Shown: piece after piece, positions 18,053 through 28,389 of the stretch
Layout of the letters: every line of letters begins with the position of its first letter
Position numbering within the stretch: the stretch's first letter is position 1
Source of the DNA: Chloroflexota bacterium
GTDB lineage: Bacteria > Chloroflexota > UBA11872
Reading direction: 5' to 3'
Assembly (NCBI GenBank): GCA_022821905.1
Contig: JAJECS010000024.1
Location: forward strand, 320,682 to 384,681
DNA: 64,000 nt
The notes under the pieces: model-generated
Told to the model about the DNA's origin: nothing
Database searches by the model: none
The model's input: the letters and a program-made list of their open reading frames with translations, nothing else
Translations under genes and position numbers: made by a program

Positions 18053-19069
18053 ATGAACCACACCCTGCCCGCCTACAAGCTCAACCTTCCGCCTGAGCGG
18101 TACGTCTCGGTGCCGGCGGAGCGGTTGCAGCGCTTCGCGCGCGGCATCGGGCTGGCCCTGGGTCTGCCGGATGCTCACGCCGGTCAACTGGCCGAGTTGC
18201 TGACGGGAAACGACCTCCGCGGCGTGCACTCGCATGGGACGCGGATGATTGCCTCCTACGCCGACGAGATTCGCGGGGGTCGGCTCAATCCGACGCCGGA
18301 GCCGCGCGTCGTGCGCGAGACTCCGGTGAGCCTGGTCGTCGACGGCGACGGCGGCCTGGGGTATTTCGCGGCGCACCTGGCCGCGGAACGGGCCATCGAC
18401 AAAGCTCGCGATACCGGCGTCGCGGTGGCCGTCACCCGCAATCACGGACACATCGGCGCCGCCGGCATCTACGCCCGCATGACCCTGCCGCACGATCTGC
18501 TGTGCTTCGTCACCGGCGGCGCGCGCCTCGAAATGGAACCGGGCATGCCGGTCTACAGCTCGGCCGTCGGGTCGCCCATGTGCTTCAGCGGTCCGGCGGG
18601 CGATGCCGACCCGCTGATCGTCGACTTCTCGCCGGTCTACGACCTGCGCTCGTCGCCGCACCGCGAGGAGCTCGAGGACTGGATCCCCGGCACGATCTTC
18701 CGTTGCATCGGCCTGGGCAACATTGCCCAGGCCTGGGGCGGAATCCTGGCCGGCGTGCCGCAGGAGCGCGACGCCCCGCCGCCCCGCTTCCCCTCGGCGC
18801 ACCAGGCCGCCACGTTCATGATGTTCCGCATCGACCTGTTCCTGGACCCGGTGGTGTTCCGGCGGCAGATGGACGTGATGGCGGAGCGCGTCGCGGAGCT
18901 GGCCCCGCTGCCGGGGTTTTCGAAGGCGCAGTTCGCCGGAGCGCCGGAAGCCGAGCACGCGCGGCGCTATGCGGATGAGGGGATTCCGGTTGGCGACGAG
19001 CATCGGCGGGAGTTGGAAGCGCTGGCGGACGACCTGGGCATTGACACGCCGTGGAGTAGCGACGGCTGA
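18053..19069 (+). CDS. Ldh_2 family malate/L-lactate/sulfolactate dehydrogenase-like oxidoreductase
   Basis: The length and motifs (SHGTRM...DGDGGLGYFAA...TRNHGHIGAAG) are consistent with the Ldh_2 family. Confidence 0.5.
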   Translation: MNHTLPAYKLNLPPERYVSVPAERLQRFARGIGLALGLPDAHAGQLAELLTGNDLRGVHSHGTRMIASYADEIRGGRLNPTPEPRVVRETPVSLVVDGDGGLGYFAAHLAAERAIDKARDTGVAVAVTRNHGHIGAAGIYARMTLPHDLLCFVTGGARLEMEPGMPVYSSAVGSPMCFSGPAGDADPLIVDFSPVYDLRSSPHREELEDWIPGTIFRCIGLGNIAQAWGGILAGVPQERDAPPPRFPSAHQAATFMMFRIDLFLDPVVFRRQMDVMAERVAELAPLPGFSKAQFAGAPEAEHARRYADEGIPVGDEHRRELEALADDLGIDTPWSSDG

Positions 19070-19168
19070 GATTCTCAGGCCCGGCGCGTAGCAGAAACCC
19101 TTGGATGGAAGAACGGCCGCGCTTCGCAACACGCGCCAGTTCGAAGGCCGACAGACTCTGGGGCCAGT

Positions 19169-19243
19169 GGATTCCCGCCTTCGCGGGAATGACGGATTTG
19201 TTTGGCGGAAGCCTGCCGCACGGTCAGGTTTGAAACCCGCCCT
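19169..19243. repeat. composite hairpin repeat (ggattcccgccttcgcgggaatgac plus gtttgaaacccgccc)
   Basis: The perfect hairpin ggattcccgcc/ggcgggaatcc-type unit has copies at 58478-58503. The second module recurs at 54852-54873. Confidence 0.55.
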
Positions 19244-19291
19244 TCCCAAGTCTCGTCGACCTGGCAAAGCCGCGTCGGACAGCCCGCGCGC

Positions 19292-20041
19292 CTAGTCCGT
19301 ACACCCAAGCAGCGCCCGCCGCACGGGATCGGTCTGGCGGGCGATGAACTCCGGCGAGTGATACCACTCCGGTCGCACGTCATAGACCTGCGTGGACCAC
19401 TTGTAGACCACCCACACCAGGCGGCGCGGGCGTGACGAGCGGTTGGGCATGGCCGTGTGCCAGATGTTGGTGTCGTTGATCAGGCACGTGCCCGCCGGCG
19501 CCGGCAGCGGCGCCATGCCCGGCAGCGCCCGCGGCTGATTCTCGTGATTGGCCCACGGCGGCGGACGGTTCGGGTCCTTGTGGCTCCCGGGAACCACCGC
19601 CGTCGGGCCCATCTCTTCCGTCACGTCGTCCAGGTAGATCGTGAGTCGCATGTACGGTCCGCCGTCGCGGTGCCAGAGCGTCGCCGCCGGCGTATTGGGC
19701 GCCCGGAAGTTGCCCATGGCGCTCGACAGGAGCACGACGTCGTGATTCCGGGCGGCCTGGACGATCGGCAGCACCGCCGGCAGGTCCATGAAATCCTCGA
19801 ACACCGGATTGAGCTCGAAAAACCGGTGCAGATCGATCGACCCGACGCCTTTGACAGACGTCGACGCGCCGTCCACCACCGCCGACGGCACGTTCTCGTG
19901 GTCGGCGATCAGCGCGTCGAAGCGCTCGCGAATCGGCTCCAGGCGCTCGGGGCTGACGGCGTTGGGCACCACCGTATAGCCGACGTGATCGAGCCGCCGC
20001 ACGTGCATGAACAGCTCATGCACGCTGGGAATCGGTTGCAT
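19292..20041 (-). CDS. phytanoyl-CoA dioxygenase (PhyH) family protein
   Basis: 2OG-Fe(II) oxygenase PhyH-like residues are present (...LWHRDGGPY...VVPGSHK...IWHTAMPN). Confidence 0.55.
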   Translation of the reverse strand: MQPIPSVHELFMHVRRLDHVGYTVVPNAVSPERLEPIRERFDALIADHENVPSAVVDGASTSVKGVGSIDLHRFFELNPVFEDFMDLPAVLPIVQAARNHDVVLLSSAMGNFRAPNTPAATLWHRDGGPYMRLTIYLDDVTEEMGPTAVVPGSHKDPNRPPPWANHENQPRALPGMAPLPAPAGTCLINDTNIWHTAMPNRSSRPRRLVWVVYKWSTQVYDVRPEWYHSPEFIARQTDPVRRALLGCTD

Positions 20042-20066
20042 CGCCGCTCCGTCCGGTGCCCGCCCG

Positions 20067-21071
20067 TTAGGCTACCCGCTCCAGCTCGACCGCGCGGCCC
20101 AAGCGCATCGCCTCGTAGAGGCCGTCGGCCAATTGCACGGCCCGCACGCCAGCGGCGCTGTCGGCCAGGGGCCTTCCGCCGCCGCGCACGGCGGCCACGA
20201 ACGAGTCCAGCATCGCGGTGGAGCCGTCGTTCCCACCCACCGGTTCCGGCGTCTCTACCACAACCCGCTCGCCTTCGAACACGCGAGCTTCGGTCAGGTC
20301 GTTGCAGAGCTCGGCGCGGCGAGATCCATCGTCCATCGCACCCCAATGGGTTCCGCCGTGCTCGGAGCGGCCGAACTCGCCAACCACCACCTGCGCGACG
20401 CTGCCGCCGGCGAATTTGATGGTCGCCGTCAGAGTGTCGGGCAGCCCTGAGCGGCGCACGTAGCGACCGCCGGTTCCATACACCCGCAGCGGACGCGAGC
20501 CGGTCAAATAGACGGCCATATCAAGCACGTGACTGCCAAACGTGCCGAGCACGCCGCCATGCTCGGGCGCGCCTTCCCAGCTATCGGCCAACGAATCGAC
20601 CGTGGCGTGCAGCACGACGGCCCGCGGTCCCGGCACCGTCGATCGGACCAATGCGACGCCCGGCGCGCTGCGTAACGCAAAGTCGACGCCCGCCACTACG
20701 CCCGCCTGGCGCACCGCCGCATGCGCCTGCAGCGCGTCGGGCAGCTTGGTCGCCAGCGGCGCCTTTACGAACACGTGCTTCCTGGCGCGGGCCGCCGCCG
20801 TCACCAGTTGCGCGTGCGAGTCGGGCCGCGTCGCGATCAGTACCGCCTGGACCTGGACCCTATGCAGCACCCCGTCGAAGTCGTCGTCCGCCTGCGCCTC
20901 ATCGAATTCGGCGGCGATCCGCCGGGCAGCCTCGAGATCGCGATCGACGCACCACACCAGGCGGCAGTCGGATCGCCGCGCCACCGCTCGGGCCAGGCAG
21001 CCGCCCATCGCGCCACACCCGATGAGGGCCAACGACAAGGGCTCCGCGCCGCCGCCGGACATCCTCGTCAC
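20067..21071 (-). CDS. Gfo/Idh/MocA family oxidoreductase
   Basis: The N-terminal Rossmann fold reads LSLALIGCGAMGGCLARAV. The length is 334 aa. Confidence 0.55.
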   Translation of the reverse strand: MTRMSGGGAEPLSLALIGCGAMGGCLARAVARRSDCRLVWCVDRDLEAARRIAAEFDEAQADDDFDGVLHRVQVQAVLIATRPDSHAQLVTAAARARKHVFVKAPLATKLPDALQAHAAVRQAGVVAGVDFALRSAPGVALVRSTVPGPRAVVLHATVDSLADSWEGAPEHGGVLGTFGSHVLDMAVYLTGSRPLRVYGTGGRYVRRSGLPDTLTATIKFAGGSVAQVVVGEFGRSEHGGTHWGAMDDGSRRAELCNDLTEARVFEGERVVVETPEPVGGNDGSTAMLDSFVAAVRGGGRPLADSAAGVRAVQLADGLYEAMRLGRAVELERVA

Positions 21072-21212
21072 CGATTCCTGCCCGCCGTGCGTAACGTCAC
21101 GCCGGCCTATGGCGATCTATCGCGAGAGACAGCCCATGCTCCGCCAATCTCACGTCGTGCAAGCCCACCGCAGCCGATTCCTGTCGTATAGTGGACGCCA
21201 CAATTCGACATA

Positions 21213-22394
21213 ATGCCTAACCGCCTGATGCCCGACGGTTCCGAGCGCCTTGCCAGGCGTCTGCACCGCGCCGAAATGATAAGCCTCAGCGCCTCGTTGG
21301 CGGTCTTCGTCGTCATCGGAGTCATCGGGCTGTTCGTTTGGCGCAGCAACAGCGCCGAGCCTGTCACTGCCGCGCCGCAATCGACGCCCACCGTCGTGGC
21401 GCGTCCGACGGTGGCCCCGGAACCTATCTCCGCGGTCACGGCGGCAACCCCTGCAGCGACCGAGGCGGTCCAGGTGGACATCGAGCCGCCCCCGGTCGCC
21501 GAACAGGTGGAGCAGCCCAATCCGCTCGACCTGATCCAAACATGGCCCGGCAATCGGCCGTTCTCCCTGCTGCTGCTGGGGCTCGACCAGCGGCCCGGAG
21601 AAGCCAGCGGTCGCACCGACGCCATGGTGCTCACCCGCATCGAGCCGGCCAACAACTCGGCGGCCCTGATCTCCATTCCGCGCGATCTGTGCATCGCCAA
21701 CTGCCGCACGGATCCCTACCGCATCAACTCCGTCTACCAGAATGAGGGTCCCGATGTCCTCCGACGGCGCGTGGGAGAGATCATGGGGATCAACGTGGAC
21801 TATGTGATGGTGCTGGACTTCTTCGGCTTCCGGCGGCTGGTCGACTTCTTTGGCGGCGTCGAGGTCGACGTGAGCACCACGATCTACGACGAGAGCTATC
21901 CGAATGCCACCGACACCGGCTTCGAGCCCCTGTACATCCCCGCCGGCGTCAACCACTTCGACGGGGACATGGCGCTGCGCTACGCGCGCTCGCGCCACCA
22001 GGACGGGGCCATTGCACGCGATCAGCGGCAGCAGCAGATTCTCCTTGCGCTCCGCGACCAGATTCTCACCCCGCGCACCATCCTTCAGTGGCCCAACTTC
22101 CTCGAGCGTCTGCGCAACACCTTCAGAACCGACGTGCCGTTCGAGCTGGTCCCCTCCATGCTCAAGCTCGCGCTCTCGATCGACTCCTCGCGTGTGGTTC
22201 AGGGCGCGGTTGGGTTCGATCGCGGGTTGTCGCGCACGGTGATCGCCGAAAACGGCGCCTACGTGCTGGAACCCAACGTGCCGCTCATCCAGGCCTACGC
22301 CGCCGAGCTGATCCGCAACGGTGAGGCCCTGCCGGCAATGGAAGGCACCGCCGATAGTCCCGAATTCGCCGACCGGCAGCACCTGGAGCCCTAG
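21213..22394 (+). CDS. LytR-CpsA-Psr (LCP) family protein
   Basis: It has an N-terminal TM segment. The LCP core is RTDAMVLTRIEPANNSAALISIPRDL...GINVDYVMVLDFFGFRRLVDFFGGVEV. Confidence 0.65.
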   Translation: MPNRLMPDGSERLARRLHRAEMISLSASLAVFVVIGVIGLFVWRSNSAEPVTAAPQSTPTVVARPTVAPEPISAVTAATPAATEAVQVDIEPPPVAEQVEQPNPLDLIQTWPGNRPFSLLLLGLDQRPGEASGRTDAMVLTRIEPANNSAALISIPRDLCIANCRTDPYRINSVYQNEGPDVLRRRVGEIMGINVDYVMVLDFFGFRRLVDFFGGVEVDVSTTIYDESYPNATDTGFEPLYIPAGVNHFDGDMALRYARSRHQDGAIARDQRQQQILLALRDQILTPRTILQWPNFLERLRNTFRTDVPFELVPSMLKLALSIDSSRVVQGAVGFDRGLSRTVIAENGAYVLEPNVPLIQAYAAELIRNGEALPAMEGTADSPEFADRQHLEP

Positions 22395-22398
22395 CGCC

Positions 22399-23205
22399 TC
22401 ACTCCTCGGACCGGCGAGCCACCACGTAGATTTCCGACGGCTCGTAGGCAACCTCGAGCGCCCGGCGCAGAATGGCGGACACCTTGGACAACTCGTCACG
22501 CGTGTGGCGCAACTCGGCGCTCACTGCGTGCAGCGCCGTTTCGAGATCCGCCGCATAGCGCGTCCGCGCCACGCGGCCGCCCACCCACCGCGTCACGCGG
22601 TCTTCGTCGGGCTGCGCCTTGCGTTCGGGTGACGATTCTCCCGTTATGTCAAGATCGTCGAGCGTCACCGGCAGGCCACGCGCGGACGTGGGATTGACCC
22701 CGGACGCCTGCACCTCGAGTCCCGCGTCCCGGCACAGGAACTCAAGCAACTCCACGTCGTACGGCCGCACGTGCGTCGGGTCCTTCCAGAACTCGTGGGC
22801 AATGGTCGGCAGGCTGCCCGGATTCGGCGTAGCCACGATCAACGATCCTCCGGGGACGAGGCGGCTTCCGCCGAGCCGCACGAGCGCCGCGCCCTCGTCC
22901 ACCGGAAAGTGCTCGATGACGTGCAGCGCGCTCACCACGTCAAACGTCTCGGGCGTCGACTGCAGGTAGTCCAGCACTTCGGCCTCGATCACGCGGTGAG
23001 CCGCGGCATGCGCCAGCATGGCCGCGTCCAGATCGACGCCGTTCGTATCCATTCCGGCGGCAGCCGCCACGTCCAGAAACTCGCCGCGACCGCAACCGAC
23101 GTCGAGGATTCGTCCCGCGGAGGGCAGGAATTGGGCATACCAGGCCCGCGCGTCGCGGATCATCTCGGGGTCGAATCCGCGAAACGAATACCAATCGGAC
23201 GCCAT
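22399..23205 (-). CDS. class I SAM-dependent methyltransferase
   Basis: SAM-binding motif I is ILDVGCGRGEFLDVAAAAG. The start was chosen at the ATG 23203-23205 (MASDWYSF...); the track ORF extends to 23307. Confidence 0.55.
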   Translation of the reverse strand: MASDWYSFRGFDPEMIRDARAWYAQFLPSAGRILDVGCGRGEFLDVAAAAGMDTNGVDLDAAMLAHAAAHRVIEAEVLDYLQSTPETFDVVSALHVIEHFPVDEGAALVRLGGSRLVPGGSLIVATPNPGSLPTIAHEFWKDPTHVRPYDVELLEFLCRDAGLEVQASGVNPTSARGLPVTLDDLDITGESSPERKAQPDEDRVTRWVGGRVARTRYAADLETALHAVSAELRHTRDELSKVSAILRRALEVAYEPSEIYVVARRSEE

Positions 23206-23312
23206 CAGGGCGTGAAGTGGTCGCCGTGCGAAGTCGTGGACATGGCAATCAGCGGCGGGTCGCGGTCTTGGCGCGACCGTACAATACCGGGCCGCTCTTG
23301 AGGTCACCGCCC

Positions 23313-24116
23313 GTGCGCAACGACGACGTCGAAATATTCGCCATCGGCACGGAGCTCGTGACCGGGCTGATTCTCGATACCAACTCGCATTGGATCGCCG
23401 GCGAGGTGGCCGTGGCCGGGGGCGACGTGCGGCGCATCACCGCGCTTGCCGACGACCTGGACGCGCTCACGGCCGAGCTTCGGGCCGCGGTGGCCCGCCG
23501 CGCCCGCGTGATCATCACCACCGGCGGCCTGGGCCCCACGCCCGACGACCTGACGGTCGAGGCCGTGTCCCTGCTGGCCGGTTGCGGCGTGCACACGCCC
23601 CACGAGGTGCTGGAGGACTACGCGCGCCGGCGCGGCATCAGTCTCGAAGAAGCCTCAAGCCCGCCGCGACTGAAAATGGGCACTGTGCCGGACGCCGCTC
23701 GCGTGCATCTCAATCCGGTGGGATGGGCGCCCTGCTTCATGGTCCAAATCGAATCGTCCAGCATCTGGTGCATGCCGGGTCCGCCGCGCGAGGTCCAGGG
23801 CTGCTTCCGCGCCCACATTCAGCCCGTCGTCGAGCGCATGTTCGCCGGCCAGTCGGCGCGGATGCGCGTGTTCATCGACGCCCACGAGTCCGAAACGTCG
23901 CCGCTCATGCAGTCGGTCATGCGCCGCATTCCGTCGGCCTACCTCAAGGCCTATGTCGGCATGTCCAACCCCGAGGGGCTGCCCGTCGACATCGTCGTGC
24001 GCAGCACGGACGGCGCGGCGCCCAACGAATTGCTGCAGCAGGCCTACGACGAGTTCTGCGCCGTCGCCGCCGCGTCCGGCAAGACGGTGACCCTGGAAGC
24101 GCCGGCCGCGTCCTGA
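23313..24116 (+). CDS. CinA-like molybdopterin-binding (MoCF biosynthesis) domain protein
   Basis: The N-terminus reads VEIFAIGTELVTGLILDTNSHWIAGE...VIITTGGLGPTPDDLT. A GTG start at 23313 is assumed; the track ORF starts at 23217. Confidence 0.55.
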   Translation: MRNDDVEIFAIGTELVTGLILDTNSHWIAGEVAVAGGDVRRITALADDLDALTAELRAAVARRARVIITTGGLGPTPDDLTVEAVSLLAGCGVHTPHEVLEDYARRRGISLEEASSPPRLKMGTVPDAARVHLNPVGWAPCFMVQIESSSIWCMPGPPREVQGCFRAHIQPVVERMFAGQSARMRVFIDAHESETSPLMQSVMRRIPSAYLKAYVGMSNPEGLPVDIVVRSTDGAAPNELLQQAYDEFCAVAAASGKTVTLEAPAAS

Positions 24117-24167
24117 TCCGCTCGCAGTAGACTGCCCGCGCCTAATCGAAACCCCGGTCGCGTTCAC

Positions 24168-26171
24168 ATGGAATCCCGCTGGTCCGACGACGACGCGCGA
24201 GGCCTCGACCCGGTAGGTCTCAGGGTCTACACCTCGCGGCTGATCGGCGCAGAACCGGCGCTGGTGCTGCACGGGGGCGGCAACACGTCCGTCAAGCTCG
24301 ACGACCACGACCACCGCGGACGCCCCTGCCGCGCCCTGGCGATCAAGGGCAGCGGGTCCGACCTGCGGACCATTGAGCCCAGCGACTTCGCACGGTTGCA
24401 CTTGGACGACCTCGAGGCGTTGCGCCCGCGGTCCGAGATGTCGGACGACGAGATGCTGGCCTATCTCGCGCGCAGCTCGCTCGATCCCGACGCTCCACGT
24501 CCGTCGATCGAGACGCTGCTTCACGCGTTCCTGCCAGATGCGTGGGTCGACCACTCGCACGCGGACGCCGTGCTGGCCCTCACCAACCAGGCCGACGGCC
24601 AGCGCCTCGTGCGCGAGGTCTACGGCGACCGGGTGGCGGTGGTGCCCTACATACTGCCCGGCTTCAAGCTGGCGCAGCTCACCGCCGACGTTTACGACGC
24701 AAGTCCCGGCGTCGAGGGTCTGGTGCTCGACATGCACGGGCTGGTGACGTTCGGGGCGACGGCCCGAGAGTCCTACGAGCGGCACATCGAGCTGGTATCC
24801 CTGGCCGAGGACTATGTGCGCCCGCAACTGCCGGCGCACGGAAGCGCATCCGGCAACGAGGCGACCGCGGCCGAGCTGGCCCCGGTGCTGCGCGGCGCGC
24901 TCTCGACCTCCAGGCGAGTCATCGTGCGCTACGACGGCTCGCCCCGCGTGCGTGCCTTCGTCGACCGGCCCGATCTCGAGCAAATCTCACAGCAAGGACC
25001 GGTCACGCCCGACCACGTGCTGCGCACCAAGCGGCTGCCGCTGGTGCTGCGCGCCACCGATCCCGAAGGTGTGCGCGACGCCGTGGCGGCCTACCGAGCG
25101 GCCTACGAGCGCTACGCACGCGAGCACGGCGGCGCCGACGCGTTTCAGCACGACTCCGGGCCGCGCGTTGTGCTCGCCCCCGGCATCGGCATGTTCACCA
25201 CAGGCGCCTCATGGGACGAAGCCGGGATGGTGGCCGACATGTACCGCCACAGCATGGACGTCATCGAGGCCGCCACGGCCATCGGCGCCTACCGCGCCCT
25301 GCCGGCGGGCGATCTCTACGACATGGAGTATTGGCCGCTCGAGCTCTACAAGCTCACCCGCGCGCCGCCCGAGCGGGAGCTGGCGCGGCGCGTGGCGCTG
25401 GTGACCGGCGCCGGGCGCGGGATCGGACGCGCCATCGCGCAGGCCCTGGCGTCTGACGGGGCATATGTATTCGTCACCGACGTCGACCGCGACGCGGCAA
25501 CCGCCGTCTCTCAGGCCATCACCGCCAATGGCGATCGAGCGCAAGCGCTGGCGCTCGACGTCACCAGCGAACGCCAGACGGCGGAAGCCTTCGAGGCCGT
25601 GGCCCGGCAAGTGGGCGGCGTGGACATCGTGGTGTCCAATGCCGGCATCGCGGCCGCCGCGCCGCTTGACGACCTGGAGCTCGACACCTGGCAGCGCAGC
25701 CTCGACGTCAACGCCACCGGGCATTTCCTCGTCTGCCGCGCCGCGTTGCGCCAGATGCGGTCGCAAGGTCTCGGCGGGAGCATCGCGCTCATCTGCACCA
25801 AGAACGCGCTCGATCCGGGCGCCGGGTTCGGCGCCTACAGCGCCGCCAAGGCGGCGCAGCTTCAGCTTGGCCGCGTGCTCGCCGTGGAAGGCGGGGCCGA
25901 CGGCATCCGCGTCAACATGGTCAATCCCGACGCCGTGTTCGAAGGCTCGGGGCTATGGGACGCGGACCTGCGGGCCGGTCGCGCCGCCGCGCACGGCGTG
26001 GCGGTCGACGACCTGGAGTCGTTCTACGCGCAGCGAAACCTGCTGGGGCGTCGAGTGACGGGTCCGGATGTCGCCGAGGCCGTGTCGTTTCTCGCGTCGG
26101 ATCGATCCGCCAAGACGACGGGAGCCGTAATCCCAGTCGACGGCGGTCTCCGCGGCGCGTTTCCGCGGTAG
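24168..26171 (+). CDS. bifunctional class II aldolase / short-chain dehydrogenase (rhamnulose-1-phosphate aldolase/SDR-like)
   Basis: The N-terminal half is an aldolase_II fold. The C-terminal half is an SDR with VALVTGAGRGIGRAIAQAL and the catalytic YSAAK. Confidence 0.7.
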   Translation: MESRWSDDDARGLDPVGLRVYTSRLIGAEPALVLHGGGNTSVKLDDHDHRGRPCRALAIKGSGSDLRTIEPSDFARLHLDDLEALRPRSEMSDDEMLAYLARSSLDPDAPRPSIETLLHAFLPDAWVDHSHADAVLALTNQADGQRLVREVYGDRVAVVPYILPGFKLAQLTADVYDASPGVEGLVLDMHGLVTFGATARESYERHIELVSLAEDYVRPQLPAHGSASGNEATAAELAPVLRGALSTSRRVIVRYDGSPRVRAFVDRPDLEQISQQGPVTPDHVLRTKRLPLVLRATDPEGVRDAVAAYRAAYERYAREHGGADAFQHDSGPRVVLAPGIGMFTTGASWDEAGMVADMYRHSMDVIEAATAIGAYRALPAGDLYDMEYWPLELYKLTRAPPERELARRVALVTGAGRGIGRAIAQALASDGAYVFVTDVDRDAATAVSQAITANGDRAQALALDVTSERQTAEAFEAVARQVGGVDIVVSNAGIAAAAPLDDLELDTWQRSLDVNATGHFLVCRAALRQMRSQGLGGSIALICTKNALDPGAGFGAYSAAKAAQLQLGRVLAVEGGADGIRVNMVNPDAVFEGSGLWDADLRAGRAAAHGVAVDDLESFYAQRNLLGRRVTGPDVAEAVSFLASDRSAKTTGAVIPVDGGLRGAFPR

Positions 26172-26292
26172 GAGTTCCCTCGCTTGATTAGCGAGTTGGG
26201 TCCCCTCTCCATCGATGGAAGAGGGATAGCGCCTGCCCCGGACTTGATCCGGGGGTGAGGGTGAACTGGCCGAGAATTGTCCCGGCCGAACG

Positions 26293-26751
26293 CTACTTGC
26301 CGCAGGCCCCCGCGGTGACTCCGGACCCGTCGGTGTTGAACGAGCTGCCGCAACCGCAGGTCGTCTGCGCGTTCGGGTTTCGCACCGAGAAACCGCGACC
26401 CATCATGCTGTCGATGAAGTCGATCTCCGCCCCAGCGATTAGGTGCGCCGTATGCCCGTCGATGTAGACCTCGACGCCGTTCGACTGGGCCGTGATGTCG
26501 GTCGGCTCCGGCTCGTGGGCCAGCGCCATGGCGTATTCGTAGCCCGCGCAACCGCCGCCGGTCACCGCGACCTTGAGCGCGCCGTGGGAGTGTCCCCGCT
26601 CCGTAAGGATTTCGCCGAACGCGCGCGCGGCGCGATCGGTCACCGCCACTGGCGAGGGCGGCGGCGGAGCAGCCATCGGCAGCCCCATCCGTTCATCAGC
26701 CGGGCTGTCCATCGGCAGCGAGATGCGGCCGTCAGTCTGCACTGCGCTCAT
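26293..26751 (-). CDS. HesB/IscA/ErpA family iron-sulfur cluster insertion protein
   Basis: The protein contains ...KVAVTGGGCAGYEY... and the C-terminal CGCGSSF. The start is uncertain (possibly MGLPMAAP... at 26688). Confidence 0.6.
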   Translation of the reverse strand: MSAVQTDGRISLPMDSPADERMGLPMAAPPPPSPVAVTDRAARAFGEILTERGHSHGALKVAVTGGGCAGYEYAMALAHEPEPTDITAQSNGVEVYIDGHTAHLIAGAEIDFIDSMMGRGFSVRNPNAQTTCGCGSSFNTDGSGVTAGACGK

Positions 26752-26940
26752 CGTGCGTCGTTCCTCAATTGCGGGGCGTTTGCAGCCTCACCCCGAAGCT
26801 AGCACGAGCCACGCTTTGCGGCGAGCCCGGCAAGCGTGTCTCCGTGCGTTTGGACTCAAGGCAACACGCGCACATATCCCGCATCGCCGCATGTCTTCTA
26901 GGATCAACGGTTACGCACGAACTCCCAAGCGGCGTTCCGT

Positions 26941-28317
26941 TTGCCGCGTGAAGAACGTCCCTCAGTGACCTATGAAGAGGCCCTGCGCTGGATCTACGGC
27001 TTCGCCGACCTGGAGCGCGGCGTGGGCCACGCGGGTCGGGAGGCCTACGCGGCTGGACCGGCGCGCACCCGGCGCCTGCTGAGCGCCGTCGGCGATCCGC
27101 ACCACAAGCTGACCTGCGTCCACGTCGGCGGCAGCAAGGGCAAGGGCAGCGTCTGCGCCCTGGTCGCGAGCGCGGCCGAGGCCGCCGGCCTGCGCACCGG
27201 CGCCTACACCCAGCCGCATCTGCATTCGTTTCGCGAACGATTCGCCATCGACGGTCGCCCCATCGAACCGCAGGCCTTCGCCGACCTCTGCCGGCGACTG
27301 GCCCCTCACGTGGAGACGACGACCGACGCCCACTCCGAGGACGGTCCGTACTCAACCTTCGAGCTGGCCACGGTGCTCGCGTTGCTGTGGTTCGCCGAGC
27401 AGGAGGTTGACCTGGCCGTGATCGAGGTGGGGTTGGGCGGGCGTCTGGATGCTACCCGCGTGATCGACCCGGCCGTGGTCGGCCTGACGACCATCGTGTT
27501 GGAGCACACGCGCGTGCTGGGAGACTCGCTCGAAGCCATCGCCCACGAAAAGGCCGGAATCATCAAGCCGGGAGTGCCGGTGGTCGCCGCGGCGCAGTCC
27601 GACGGGGCGCTGGCGGTGTTCCGCGCGGCCTGCGAGGAACGAGGCGCGCCGCTGGCCGTGGCCGACCCCCTGGCCTGGGAGGGCGCAGCCAGGCGCGAGT
27701 CACGCCCGCTGATGATGGCGCGATCCCCCGACGACGGCGGCAGCCTCCCGGTGGGACTCGTCGGCCCGCACCAGCGCCAGAATGCCGCCGTCGCGTGGCA
27801 CCTCTGCCGCGAGCTGGCGGACCACGGACTGCCAATCGACCGCGGCGCCATCCGCGCCGGATTCGGCGCCGCGGCGTGGCCGGGACGACTGGAAGTCGTG
27901 GCCGGCAATCCACTCACCATCGTGGACGGCGCTCACACCCCGGAGGCCATCGCGGCCATCGTGACGGCGCTGCGAGAAGTCTTCGGCGTGCGGCGCGGCC
28001 CCGTGATCTTCGGTGCGCTGCGCGACAAGCGTGTGCCGCAGATGCTGGACGCGCTGGGCGACTACGCAACCCGCCTGCTCCTCGTGCAGCCGGATCACCC
28101 GCGAGGCTGGACGCCCGAGCGCATGGTCCGCCGATATGGGCTCACCTCGGATTTTGAGATCGCGCCGTCGATCGCTGCAGCCTTGCGGCAGGCGCAGGCG
28201 GCCTACCGGCCCGACGAGGCGGTGCTGGCGACCGGCAGCCTGGCGGTCGCGGCCGACGCGCGCGCAGCCGCTGGCGTGCCGCATGAGGTCGACCCTGAGC
28301 CGTGGGCGGGGGCGTAG
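26941..28317 (+). CDS. folC: bifunctional folylpolyglutamate synthase / dihydrofolate synthase
   Basis: The Mur-ligase P-loop reads HVGGSKGKGSV. Overall architecture is FolC-like. Confidence 0.65.
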   Translation: MPREERPSVTYEEALRWIYGFADLERGVGHAGREAYAAGPARTRRLLSAVGDPHHKLTCVHVGGSKGKGSVCALVASAAEAAGLRTGAYTQPHLHSFRERFAIDGRPIEPQAFADLCRRLAPHVETTTDAHSEDGPYSTFELATVLALLWFAEQEVDLAVIEVGLGGRLDATRVIDPAVVGLTTIVLEHTRVLGDSLEAIAHEKAGIIKPGVPVVAAAQSDGALAVFRAACEERGAPLAVADPLAWEGAARRESRPLMMARSPDDGGSLPVGLVGPHQRQNAAVAWHLCRELADHGLPIDRGAIRAGFGAAAWPGRLEVVAGNPLTIVDGAHTPEAIAAIVTALREVFGVRRGPVIFGALRDKRVPQMLDALGDYATRLLLVQPDHPRGWTPERMVRRYGLTSDFEIAPSIAAALRQAQAAYRPDEAVLATGSLAVAADARAAAGVPHEVDPEPWAGA

Positions 28318-28389
28318 GGTGGGGATTGGGTCTTTGTTGCTTGCTGGCGACTTGGGGCGGCGAGAACGCACAACGCCTGTGGACTCCCC

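Noticed and set aside
17984-19267. A 427-aa minus-strand ORF
   Set aside because: It is antisense to the Ldh_2-family gene (18053-19069), which has conserved motifs. The minus ORF has low-complexity Arg-rich content.
23655-24983. A 442-aa minus-strand ORF
   Set aside because: It is antisense to the well-supported bifunctional aldolase/SDR gene.
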